DNA of 53,803 bases, counting the filler, from Basidiobolus ranarum (taxonomy: Eukaryota): assembly GCA_040143965.1 (NCBI GenBank). It is 4 parts of 4 records of this genome, joined end to end, with 100 filler letters (N's around TTAATTAATTAA, not from the genome) between each part and the next. Parts side by side here need not be neighbours in the genome. Positions count along the whole stretch, not along the records: positions 13,492 to 26,874 come from JASJQH010000487.1; positions 26,975 to 40,350 come from JASJQH010000488.1; 2 more parts are not named here. One strand, given 5' to 3'. Positions 15,700 through 28,349 of this stretch are shown here, piece by piece. The translations under genes were made by a program, and so were the position numbers. The notes under the pieces were generated by a model, which did no database searches, was not told where the DNA came from, and worked only from the letters and a program-made list of their open reading frames with translations. How positions within the stretch are numbered: the first letter of the stretch is position 1; each line of letters starts with the position of its first letter.

Positions 15700-17400
15700 G
15701 CTAGGTGTTCAACTAAATCTCAGTAACTTTGGTGTCATACATATCTTGCAGATAAGAAAGCCTTGAATTCACAAACCCCATGTTCTAATAACAAATAACT
15801 TTAGGTGTATGAAAATAATGTTTCTAATAACTGCCATTTATTGACTGCATCTTAATAAAAGCACTTTTGAACATCTCCAATAACTGACTTAATTCTCTAT
15901 CACAGAGGCTACTGCTAAGAATGAAGCAACAAAAGCATTATTGCAAGCTGTTCCTGAGTTGAAAGTAAATCATTATTATGACCAGATATTAAACATTATA
16001 GCTTCCATTTAAAGCAAAATACATGCTTTATTAAATGCTGAAACATTTCAGTAAATCATGCTTTTGTAAGTAGAACTGCAAAGAGCCATTTTATCTCATT
16101 TTTGAGTGCTACCAGTATGTATGGCATGAAGCTAACTTCTCCACCACAGCAGTTTCTATCCTTTGCCAGTTTCTTAATCCTGAATATCTAGATACAGCTA
16201 TGGCTGAATTGAATAAAAGTCATTTCATGTATAGATATTGTTACATAGGCTTGACACTTATATAATAGGTTGCCAGTTGGAGCACATACCTGTTATAAGA
16301 ATTTGAGGTTTGCAAACAATGCAGTAATAAGCAGGACTAATTTATGAATAAAAAACATAAATTAAAGTAAAACAAATCCTTACTCCAAAGAGTAGTTTGA
16401 AAAGGCAACTGATTTGTGTATTAAGAGAAACTCACATTTCCGGAAAGGGATTGCACAAACTGAGCTGCTGTGAGCCTGAGGAGCATTTCACCTGGAAAAT
16501 ATGGTTTTATTTAAATTTCTCAGAGAATGTTGTTCTTATGGATATGTGAAATACATATATGATAACCCAAAAAAGCAGTTATGCTTTTCAGCAAAAATAC
16601 AAGGAATAAGCAATGTGGTTGTATTCAGAGTGCATGTAGGAGTAAATCAAGCAATTAAGGAGTCATATTGGTGGCGTAAGAGTTTCATGTGCAACTTGAA
16701 TCATTCCAGATGATATATACATAAATATCTTATGCTAAAATTTCTACACAGGTATTAAACATAAAGCACTGTTAGTTCAGATAATTTAGATATACTAATT
16801 AGCTAATTTTGTCAAGATAGTGATGACAAATAAGATGAAGACAATAAACTCTCATATGTTCATGAGTTGCACAGAAAGATATGAGTTCAATCTTGAAGAT
16901 AGCAAAGGCAACAATGGGGGTTGGCTAAGAGTACCTGTAAGACCACAAGGGCTATGCAGGAGTTGATTTGCATAACTTTACTATTTCAAATTTACTTTGA
17001 GAGTTCTTTGGCAATACACTGATGTCCAAAGGGGGAATTCAAACTTTTAACCAAGTAGTACTTCAGTAAGCAATATTGGCAAAACATGCATACAATTTAT
17101 GAGTTATCTGATTGGACAAAGAAAGGATCACAAGTAAGATAACAATAAGTTGCAAAAGTTGGAATATCAGTCAGTAAAATAAAATATGCTAAGGTTAACT
17201 TGAAAAGTATACTGCTATGTACATATGGGAAATAGGATGTACATACCACCAATTCGACAGATATATCACAAGAAATTACAAAGGTGTACATACAGCATAT
17301 TCTAAAAATGAATAATTGCTCCTGCAAGTAACCAATTATTTGTATCATTAATGGTTATGTTCAATAATCATCTAGTGGTTGTAACATAGCTGATTAAAGT
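15700..17400 (+). mobile_element. Highly decayed Ty3/gypsy-like pol remnant (integrase-like traces)
   Basis: RVHVGVNQAIKESYWW (ORF 16501-16713) resembles the gypsy integrase H..G...YWW segment; TLMSKGGIQ near 17015 resembles the integrase core; the region is almost CpG-free. Boundaries approximate. Confidence 0.45.
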
Positions 17401-20400
17401 GTATAGGTTTCTGCAGTGACAAACTTGAATGATTTCCACTTAATATCATATATGTGAATATCCTATGGCTGTCTTCAGTACATGTGAGTCAAATTAGCAA
17501 ACAATAATATGTAAATGTATACACTTAAATAAAAGTATATGTTCCCAAACTAATAAAGTGCCAGGTGTAAATGCTGCAATTCTAATTAACGTATATATAG
17601 TCTCAGAGTCCCAGATAACTGTCATATTTCTATTATCTGACTTTTACCATTTTCAGGCCCACTGTTGTCCTCTACTACTGCTCAAATTTCATTAGTTCCT
17701 GTCAAGTGTCTAGTAGATAATAGACAATGGATGATTTTCTGACCCAATTAGCCAGTTGTAATTCACCATGGCCAAGATAGATCATACTTTCTGCTTGCTT
17801 ACGCTAGTAGTACTAAACTCGCCAAATTCCAAGCTGGTGTGAGCTTATTCTGACCAAGTTACAAGTTGATAACTCATTAAGAATTGCTATCCGTAAGTCG
17901 TCCACGTGTAAATGAAACAGAAATGCGTATACTCTGGTTTCAAACATAAACATATACTCAGCCATTTACTGACTGGGATGTTCTATATTTTCAGGATATG
18001 TCCACTACACACCATGGCTCAACAGCCTCCAGGCGTAACAGAATAGATAATGAAGTGATAATTACTAATCAGAGTCTCTAAAAGTCATATAATACAAAAT
18101 ATGAGGAAAACCAAGTATTAAGGAAACGATATTGCTGTTATTTTACAGTCAATTTAAGAAGAGATGGATTATAAATCTAAGCTCTTACGTGTAAGTATTC
18201 ATACAAAAGATTACAATGAAGAAGCCGCAAAGGTGGAAGCGAAATCGTAGATTTTAATTTCATCACCTTATGAAATTGCAATCCTCATATGCCTTGATAT
18301 CAAAATTGAAAACAATCTTGTTCTAGTAAGATTGCTTTTTAATCGAGTGCACCTCTCACACTATCCCAAGTTCCATCTTGGCACTGTTTGCTAGCTATTC
18401 GTTTATGATGGAACTTGATCTCAAATTAGTATGCATTATAGGAGCAGACACAAAGTTTACATGGTAAGGATCAGATAGAGGGGGAGTAGTTAAACCATGT
18501 TGATATTCCAATCCTATCATTCTGCATAATCAGCGACAAGTTTATAATTGGCCAGTAACGCCACTAAATCAAACACTGCACTAGTTACCACACGAGACTA
18601 TTTGCACCAAGTGGTAGGACGGAGACCCCAGGCTGAAATAAGCTAGACCCAATGATGTAACATCCGTCCAATTATCTTGGCGCAGATATGATATTAGTGA
18701 CAAGAAACTGGTTTCTAAAAAACCCAACTCACGTTACAGAACCCCTCCTTTTGGTAATATATAGTCACAACATTCTCCGGAATTCTGCTCTCCGTTGGTA
18801 GACTATATGGTCAGGTTGGCAGTATTGTGAATGAATCGAATACATGAGTGCCTCGAGGCAATCCAAAGCCAGATATTGATGGTAGGTTTTATTGAAGACC
18901 AAAAGATAGTTAGCGTTATAAATGATTTGTCCAATCCTCAATGTTGCGCTTAAATGTAGGGGGCTTGTGTAATGTTCCATTACAATTTGATCATGTATGA
19001 TCAGTTCAGAGAATCTTAATTTTTTGGATGCGGATGCTCCCTTAGGAGAGTAAACTGAATCATACGGCGCTCATGAGAAATTAGTTTGAGGGACCTTAGT
19101 TGGTATCCAAGAATTATCATCACCCATCATAGGAGTATCCGTAGTATCCCTCGATTTGTGTACATGTCTACTAGTGGAAAATTGATTCCGCTCTCATTCA
19201 TGCTACAGGGCGGTTTTCGTAGGGAGTAAACTCAAATTACTCTGATTTTATCCCCAAAGAACATAGAAGTAGTAATTATGCATAGGAGCTACGCGGATGG
19301 CAAACTTGACTGTATTCTCTTGACCTAGTAGCATTATGTATATTGCTCAGTTAGATCTGGTTGGAGCTTATTTGTTGGATGGCAAAAAGCAACTCGGGAG
19401 GAATTCTATGAAAACTTAATATGCAAAAAGGACTATCCTGACCTGACCAACTACCTCATAAACCTGCTCAACCCAGAGCTAGAACCACACGTATATTGTG
19501 AATTACTGAGTTTCGTACCTGAAAAATCCACTATTTCGTGATCTTACACATATTGAAGATCTACCATGAAACTGCAATACATTAGGTCTACTAAAGAACC
19601 CAGCGGATAGATGTTCAAGGTGAAACCAATTCAATTGGTACCTGGGTTTAGATGTTTGACGACAGCCGTCTTGTATTCTAAGAATTCTCGACACTGTATA
19701 GATAGTTGTTCTAATGAAATCGATGACGTCTGCAGGTATCTAGCGAACGATATTGAAGGCTTTTAACGCATAGCAAATGAAACAATTTCCGATCTAGATG
19801 GTAAATGTAAATTCAAATCAGTCATCTTTGGATCACTAATTGCAAGGAGTGAGGATGGCAATTTGGGATTGGATCTCTGTACGACGTTTATTTACCCGAG
19901 ACTCGATCTATTCATTTGGATACACTGAAGTGACTGTTCATGCTTGTCTTGACAAATCTCACCTAGGGTTATCATTCGACTTATGGCTTTCAGGGTAGAT
20001 GGTTAGCTGTCTCAGCAGAGGCACAGGATGTCTATATTGATCACATCATTTCTTGCCTTTCAAACTATACCAGCAAGAGGTGTCCGGCAATGGAATATGG
20101 TCTGATTAGCATTCAAGAGCAGAATGCGGCGTTGTCTATTTACTAGCAATGACAGATGATTTTCTTCCACGACAGTTCCTGGCTATTAATGGTGGTCAAC
20201 ATTATGCTGATCACGATCTTCCTAATATCGCCGTGTAACCATGTCTTTTCTGAAAAGCACTTCAGAATGAATCCTCTAGCGTCAACGAGTATTTGGCTTT
20301 CGTTGTTAATGTATACAGTCAACACTCACTCACCCGAAGACACACTCTGGGCTTTGTCATTGTAATATTCAGAGCTCGGATCTGACTCGTACCGGTAAAT

Positions 20401-21009
20401 TACCCAGCATATCAATTTCAGTATTCGTAGAGATTTGCTCTCTAGAACGATATTCCTGGCTGGTAAACCATTTACTCCGGCTTGCCAATTACCTAGACTG
20501 AGTAAATCAGGAGGGCTGATATCCATTGGAATTTGATCAAAAGTAATTTTAATTTCCACTCCCACAAACAGCAGACTCTGAAATCGGTGTGATTTGGATG
20601 TGATTGGCGTGATGATGGCGCTTATTTAGGAAATCACTTGGTTGGGTTGGAATAAAGTGCAATGAGTGAGGACGTAGTGGTTTGCAGTTGTATGAATGTT
20701 CCCGGAGTATGTCACTCAGTAATAAAGTGAATTGGCCGATCTATCTGGATCAAGGAGCACTGTCGACAGAATAAAACTCGATGATCTCCCCGAACTTTTG
20801 TTACTTCACAAGCTTGATGATTACTTCCTTAAATTAGATTCACAATCGTCCCATTTCATACTGCATATTTCCTGATATTTTCTCTAGTCATTTTTGTTCA
20901 AGTTACCTGAATCACAATACTTCTTGAGTCTCTCTTTGTAAACAAGCCATTCTAGTAAAGTAGTCGCTCACCACTTTTTATTCTATCCCTGGTTTTGGAT
21001 AAAGCATCA

Positions 21010-24000
21010 ATGTCCTCAAAAGGTAAAGGAACTTTTAACACTGTCTGACATCCTACTTGGCTAACTGAAGGCCGTTGGAATCGATTTAGCTCCCCAGATA
21101 AATAATGCAGGCATAAGCGTCGAGTTGGAAGAATTTGCGCGCAATCTCAATAGTAACAAAATATCCATAATTCTGTAGCTATAAGAGGCAAATTATTAAT
21201 AAGAGAACTATTCTATGATTTATAGATTGGAGCTTAGATAGCTCTGAGGTGGAGGTAAGCAATCATCGACGCAAGTCTCTGGTTAGACCCGAAAGACGTC
21301 CCAGCACTAAAAGGCCTTCCCATCACGATACTATCCTCTTTGACGAGAGTATGAACCGACGTGATCTCCTGGGAAGATGTGATAGTTTTAACAAGCCAAA
21401 AAAAACCACAAAAGCATTGCTTATTACTGAAGTTAAAAGATGCCCAAGTTGCTGGGTACTATTCTCTAAAATAATCACCTTTTATGCTCCTTCTCCCCTA
21501 TTAGTGTGCTGCGGTTAGTATGCACTAATCATTAATAACAACGGACTGAAAGTGATGAACTAATCATGTACAATTTGATAGGTATGAGAACCTCAGAAAT
21601 TAGACAAGCCTGGAGGGAAAAAATGGCTCTTTGTACGATAATCTTGCTCCTCTGTGGTTTAATCGGGTTCTTGACCTTCGGGTTTCAACAAGTAGTTTGC
21701 GGCTTTGACAATGTAGGGCGCATAAGACAAGGTACTATGAATGCAGCTGATGGTTCAATCTACGGTAGAGCGTTACGACTTGGGGGATTGAATCACCCGA
21801 TAGTTCCTGGGGTCACAACAACAGGAAGCATAGCTTCATTAGCAGGAGGCAAAGATATCTCGTTTCTATTTCAAAATATGAATAGTCGCTGCAAAGGTAT
21901 TCTTACTCCCAGGAATGGAGCGGATAAGAACAAGAATATCATAAATTACTTTCCATGTGTGATTAGAGGCACTGACGCCACTCCAAATCCTTCTGCCAAC
22001 CCCGAAAATACCGCTTGCCACAATTCTTCTTTAGCTAGAAGAACTGTCCACCGCCTTCCATTCGAGGGAGAAATTTATTCCGATTGGAGTGATCTCCAAA
22101 CAAAGCAGAGAGCTTTAGTGGTGTATAACGGACATATATTAGACTTCGACTTGATTTCTTGGCTACTTCCTGAAATTCAAGCACCGCCATTATTCTATCA
22201 ATTGCAGGATCCTAACTCTACTTATCGGGGATCAGATGTGACTTATCTACTTAATAATTTTCACAAAGCTGAGGCAGATTGTGCCATGGATATCCTGAGA
22301 GTTGGCGTACTTGATAGTACAAGTATGGGGTGCATTGTCTCCAACGTAGTTCTCTATGTCTCATTGATTGTGATTCTCGGCGTTGTATTGACGAAATTTT
22401 TTCTGGCAATCTATTTCGGCTGGGTGCTGAGCTGGCGTCTTGGTTCCTTTCGCGAAGAGACATACGAAGAACGTATGAAAAGACTGGAAGCTATTGAGCA
22501 ATGGAGTGAAAGTCCAAATAACTTGGCCATGTTGGCCTCTAAATCCAACGGTACCATCACTCACAAGCCTAGTATTGGCTTTTTACCAACAATGAGTCGG
22601 TACTCATCCCCCTCTATGATTGCCGAAACTACTACTAGAAGAATCGGAAACTATCCCAGTCCGCTTAATAACGAAAATAGAACCAAAGTGAGTATAAATT
22701 CTGCTAATTCCTTAGCTCCAAAAGGCCTTTCCAGTCGATCAGGATCCACGCGCACCATAGGTTCTTCCTCGTCTGATTCTCCTCGCACCATTTCTCGCCA
22801 ATCCTCGAATGCATCCATCACTGGAGAATTCAGCGTTCACACTCCACCCACACCCCCATCCGCCTCTTTTCAGCCATTCAACTTTCGTCTTGCTCATACC
22901 ATTATGCTTGTTACATGCTATTCCGAAGGAGCAGAAGGCATGCGTACAACTTTGGATTCGTTAGCACTAACTGATTACCCACAGTCGCACAAACTAATTC
23001 TCGTCATTGCTGATGGCATCATCACTGGTAGCGGAAATGAAATGTCCACACCAGATATCTGTCTGTCGATGATCAAGGATTTTGTGATCTCTCCAGATAA
23101 TGTTCAGCCATATTCGTATGTTGCCATTGCTAATGGTTCTAAACGCCATAATATGGCCAAAGTGTATGCTGGCTGCTATAAATTCGATAATAGCACCATT
23201 CCTCCAGAGAAGCAACAACGAGTCCCAATCATCTTAATTTCCAAATGTGGAACGCCAGAAGAGGCCAACACATCCAAGCCTGGAAATCGTGGTAAACGTG
23301 ATAGTCAAATCATCCTAATGTCTTTCTTACAGCATGTAATGTTTGATGATAGGATGACAGAGATGGAATATGAGCTATTCAACGCCATATGGAGTACTAC
23401 CGGTGTTAGTGCCGACCACTTTGAAATTGTTCTTATGGTAGATGCAGATACGAAAGTGTACACAGATTCTGTAACGCGAATGGTGTCTTGTATGGTGCGA
23501 GATCCACAAATTATGGGCCTATGCGGAGAGACTAAGATTGCCAATAAGACGGATAGTTGGGTGTCGATGATTCAGGTGTTCGAGTATTACATCTCACATC
23601 ATCAAAGCAAGGCATTTGAGTCAGTGTTCGGGGGTGTGACTTGCTTACCTGGATGTTTCTGCATGTACAGGATAAAATCCCCCAAAGGCTATAATGGACT
23701 GTGGGTACCCATCCTCGCCAGTCCAGATATCGTGGAGCACTACTCGGAAAACGTAGTGGATACGTTGCACAAGAAAAACCTACTGTTGTTAGGCGAAGAT
23801 CGATTTCTCACCACATTGATGCTGCGAACATTTCCCAAAAGGAAGATGGTATTCGTGCCTCAGGCTGTATGTAAGACGGTGGTACCGGATTCATTCAGTG
23901 TTCTACTATCCCAGCGTCGGCGTTGGATCAATTCTACAGTTCATAATCTATTCGAGTTAGCTTTGATCCGAGATCTTTGCGGTACTTTCTGTTTCTCCAT

Positions 24001-24568
24001 GCAGTTTGTGATATTTATGGAATTAGTGGGTACTACGGTGCTACCGGCCGCAATATGCTTCACCATCTACCTTATAGTCATTTCATTCATTGTTACTCCT
24101 GTTCCAATTATACCACTGACCTTGCTGGCCATCGTGCTAGGATTGCCAGCGGTGTTGATCCTGATGACTACTCGAAAGATGGTGTATATTGGGTGGATGA
24201 TCGTGTATCTCATTTCACTGCCTGTGTGGAACTTCATCCTGCCAGTGTATGCTTTCTGGCATTTCGATGATTTTAGTTGGGGACAAACTCGTATGGTCAT
24301 TGGAGAGACTGCCGACGATGTGGATCATAGTGCAAAAGAGGGAGAGTTTGATTCCAGCCGAATTCTGCTGCGCAAATGGTCTGAATTTGAGATCGTGAAG
24401 CGTCGTAAAGCCAACCATGTCTTATCAGAAATGTGCAGTTATGGTGACTCCAATAACTCCATCGAAAAGTTGGGTTATCATACGCCCAGTGAGCTTGCTC
24501 GGTTTTCATCGGTTAACTTATATATGAACACAAGTGAAACAGATAGTGAATGCACAATGGGCAGTTAA
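21010..24568 (+). CDS. CHS3: Class IV chitin synthase (Chs3-like)
   Basis: N-terminal RRKSLVRPER, RQAWREK, TCYSEG, KPGNRGKRDSQ, DADT, VTCLPGCF, LGEDR, QRRRW, WHFDDFSWG. Small 5' exons inferred from GT-AG sites upstream of ORF 21566-24568. Confidence 0.95.
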
Positions 24569-25799
24569 CTGATTGCTTGGGTATCGTTTTCTATTGGATA
24601 TTCTTTGCCTTCCTCTGTTCCCATTTTCAGTTACCGAGAATCTATCATTTAGGTTGCTATCTGAAGTTATAGCAGATGCATCTAATATGTTCTGTACAAA
24701 TGGATCAGTGTAGCTAAAATGATTCTGGAAATCAACAGTCTCCACTTGAAAACAATCATAATACTTTTAAACAAGATACTTGTCCTATTATTATCTTTCT
24801 ATTGATATTGACTTCGATCCAGTGATACGAAACCATTACAGCATGGTATAATGGCCCTCATCCTCGATGAATTTGGACGAGGTTAGGATTGTAATATCAA
24901 GATCATTTTTGATAGCTGATTCAGCGCTAATCTGCATTTAATGCAACAGACTCTAGAATATTGTGCAAAGGATGCCATGATAATTGAACTTAGTGGAGTA
25001 AATATATACGGCATGCCATGCTGACTTTGTGACTCTCTCTGTGAGTTCTCCAATTATCGCTGGCTGGGCAATTGATCACATTGGCTTGAGAATAGTACCC
25101 AATGTCAAGCATAGAAGGGAATGTATTGTAACTATTCAACAGGATCCATAATTGTTAAAGTGAATCTGAAATACCAAAGATCCTCAAATGGGACCTATTA
25201 TTTCTCTTGCTACTGCTATAAACAGTACTGTGAGCAGAACTTTGGCGTTTTTTACTTGGAAAGTTTAGAAATATCTCCTGGTTGTTATTGAATGTTCTTT
25301 TGACACCTGTCAAATCATATATCTAAATCCCAGTCGTGACATTCCAATCAGTTTAAATACACTTCTTCACTGGGGAAAGTGTATTCAACAATGTTGCTGA
25401 TGAGGTAGAACAAGGAATTTATGCTTCACAAATGCACAGCTATAAACTGTTGATTAATTTACAGATATATAGATGGATAGATTGATTGACTTGGCTGAAA
25501 TTTGACCTGATTGAAGGAGACAGAGAAAAAGTCAACTTCAGCTTTACTCTCAAGGAAATACCACGTTATGAGACCACAGTTACTAGGATGCTGATGTGAG
25601 AAAGACCAATATTGAAAGAAAACTTGTATTGAAAAGCAGGCATTTAATTCCAAAGAGCAATGGTGTAATCAAGCTGGTATTTAGATATTAGTCAACAACT
25701 GTAAGTAACATTATTTTTTCTAGCTTGACATGGAAGAAATTTATGATTAGAACTTGCCAACTTTATCAAGAGTTGCTAGATGTTGGTGAGCTTTTAACA

Positions 25800-26285
25800 A
25801 TGTTTCAAGCAAAGTTGAAGTAGCAGCTATACTGGGATTAGAACATAGTCCTTCTATCTCTTCACAAAGTCTATAAAGGCTATCATGCTTCCAAAACAAC
25901 ATAATTCCCTTTATGATTAAAACAAAAATTAGTCCCTCTGATGCTACTTGACTTCCTGATTATAGGTCTTTGGCTTTCCAAACCTAATATAACTCACATT
26001 TGGAGTTGAATATTATTGGGTAAAGTTATGACTAGAGAAATATATCAACATATGGATGTATAATTGACTTGAGAGGTACTTGCTAACAGTTCAGAAATTG
26101 TGCAATTGCCTTTTTGTAGAAGGAGAAAGAAGAAGAGTTCTGTACAGAATATGTGCAGGATTAAGATTGACTATCATGGAGAGACTTGCTTGACTTCCAA
26201 ATCTCCATAAGGAATTGGCGATACTCAACTACTCCAATAAAAAAGACATTTAGTAAAATTTTAGATAATTTCCAATAACTAAGCT
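25800..26285 (+). mobile_element. Decayed Ty3/gypsy-like RT N-terminal remnant
   Basis: CLFVEG...YRICAGLRLTIMERLA*LPNL... then, after a frameshift, KTFSKILD, aligning by eye to gypsy 'VLFVKK...RMCIDYR.LN.LT....YPLP.I......AKYFSKLD'; CpG-depleted. Confidence 0.45.
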
Positions 26286-26289
26286 CACA

Positions 26290-26874
26290 TGTTGTGACTT
26301 ATGTACTGCTATTATAAAAACATTAGATTGCTGCATAGAGTGCAAATGTTTGGCTTCATCATATAAGTATCACTGCAATAGCTTTTATTTTGTTGCAATC
26401 ATTATTGGGAAAATATGGGCGGTTTGGAGGAACTAAAGAAAAGTGGAGTTGTGGATAGCTTTGTGCGATAATTATTTGTTGTCCAGAAATAAAGCATTTA
26501 TACATTTTGGAAAAAATACCAAAAACTAACACTGGGGTTGCATTCAGAACATATGTGGGAGTAAAAAGAGCTATCTTTGGGGCAATTTGGACAAGTTTGA
26601 ATTTTTCAATATGGAATTGCTAATTCTCACATTATTCACATATATATATAATAAGTGTTCAGATTTGCAGCTAAGAGATATTCAACTAAGTATTCTTAAC
26701 TAACTTATATGTCATATATGAAATAGTTAAGTGTATAAAGACAGGGATAACAAATATGATAAAGATAATAAACTTCAACACTCCCACTCAACTAAATATT
26801 CATATATCTTAATCCTAACTCAAATCTTAATTCTTCAAATTTTGGCTTTGGTAATGGTTTGGTAAGGATGTCAG
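26290..26874 (-). mobile_element. 3' end of a Ty1/copia element: RNase H C-terminus, PPT and 3' LTR (family B)
   Basis: From the gap the minus strand reads DILTKPLPKPKFEELRFELGL* (copia RNase H end), then purine tract TGAGTGGGAG directly followed by TGTTGAAG at 26780. A possible LTR end CAACA lies at 26290 (uncertain). Confidence 0.82.
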
Positions 26875-26974
26875 NNNNNNNNNNNNNNNNNNNNNNNNNN
26901 NNNNNNNNNNNNNNNNNNTTAATTAATTAANNNNNNNNNNNNNNNNNNNNNNNNNNNNNNNNNNNNNNNNNNNN
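26875..26974. other. Assembly gap with artificial linker
   Basis: 100-nt N run with TTAATTAATTAA. Confidence 0.95.
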
Positions 26975-27321
26975 AAAAGCATCTGGGAGCCTGTTGGAAG
27001 TGGCTTGGAGAATTAGAGAAATTGGTGGTTTTCACTTATTGATTTATTGAGTATTCCGTTGACATTTATAGTTTTGTCAAGATGTAAACAAACCAACATG
27101 TAGAAATGTGTTAAGGAAGGTCCCAGGAACATGTGTGCAAAGTTTGGGACTTCTAGCACAAGCTTGAAAAAAGCTATATATCTGAGAACTTCTAAGCTGG
27201 TATCAATATTCCAAGTAAATTCCCATATCAAATAATGGGTAATATCTTAGTTCAATATAAGATAACTAAATACTAAGCTATATATGACTATATAGGTGTT
27301 TAGGCAAAGCTAATTTCAACA
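26975..27321 (-). mobile_element. LTR (family A), second copy, running into the gap
   Basis: Minus strand starts TGTTGAAATTAGC at 27321 and aligns along its length with 15219-15560 (shared blocks such as TATAGTCATATATAGCTTAGTA and GTGAAAACCACCAATTTCTC). Confidence 0.82.
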
Positions 27322-27642
27322 CCTGAGACCTTCCTTAACACAATCTACACGCGGATATGGTCAAGTAAACTAAAAAAACTTAATCAAAATCGGTACTAAC
27401 TAATTGCAAACTCTCTATCATGGACTTTCCAACTTTCCAAAACACTGCGAACTAATGTTCCTGATCCTTCTTTTATCATCTGACAGTGGGGCCACTGGCT
27501 GAAGCTACTGGCTGAAACATGCAAACCAGGCAACAATACCTCGAAAATATTTCAGAGCTCTTCGTTCCAAAATTGATTGATTTAAAGATCTGTATGAGCT
27601 GTGTGCTGGATATGTGCTGGATGGTCATTGATTTGCAATTTA

Positions 27643-27706
27643 TACAGAGTTGAAGCGAAGTAGTATAAGTATCTACAGAGTTGATTGAAGTAGTATAAGT
27701 ATCTAC
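27643..27706 (+). repeat. Tandem duplication of a 30-31 bp unit
   Basis: TACAGAGTTGA(AGC/TT)GAAGTAGTATAAGTATC twice, back to back; smaller duplications (CTGGCTGAA, TGTGCTGGAT) just upstream. Confidence 0.85.
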
Positions 27707-28349
27707 GGAAGTGCAGCTGGAAAGTCAGGTATTGAACGGAACACAGATGCTATATATGACCATACAACTATCACAGCTTTCTCGGATGCGGAACTAGCAT
27801 ATATGGAAGCGTACCCAAGTGATGTATATTTCTATGTACGAATACTTGAATACCAATAGATCAGGTATTTGTAGCTAGTTTGGCTTCTTGGATCGTGCTA
27901 ATGAGAAAAATCTATATTCAAAAAGAAGGTTACATTAACAGAGATCCTGTATTCTCACACTCTACACCGGCTAAACTTTCCACATTAGCTGCATTCAGTC
28001 CATGCCCCGTCAATCAGATCTGACTATGCCTTTTCTCCAGTACACCGCTACTGCAAAGCCATTTAAAGTTATATCGAGGTGGAATGGTAATACATATAAT
28101 AATCAATACACAAGCTACATCAGAACCCTATATATCAGAACTCTAAGCTATATCAAAGTAGAATGGGAATACAAATACCAGCCCAGCAAGTAGGCGTGCA
28201 TGAAGGATTACTGTACCAACGTCGAAAGTGATTTGTTTCATAACTTCAGGTTTCCATCCAATTAGGTTAAATTACATCTTCAATCAATCACCAACGAAGT
28301 AAACTATAAATGCTGCTCTCAACCCACGGCTTCGTCGTTGTTAACTCCA

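Noticed and set aside
18367-18417. Perfect 11-bp inverted repeat CAAGTTCCATC/GATGGAACTTG
   Set aside because: One such stem with a 29-nt loop is plausible by chance in 54 kb of AT-rich DNA; no TSD or other context.
27490-27706. Short direct repeats as a CRISPR-like array
   Set aside because: Only two adjacent units, no spacers, eukaryotic context.
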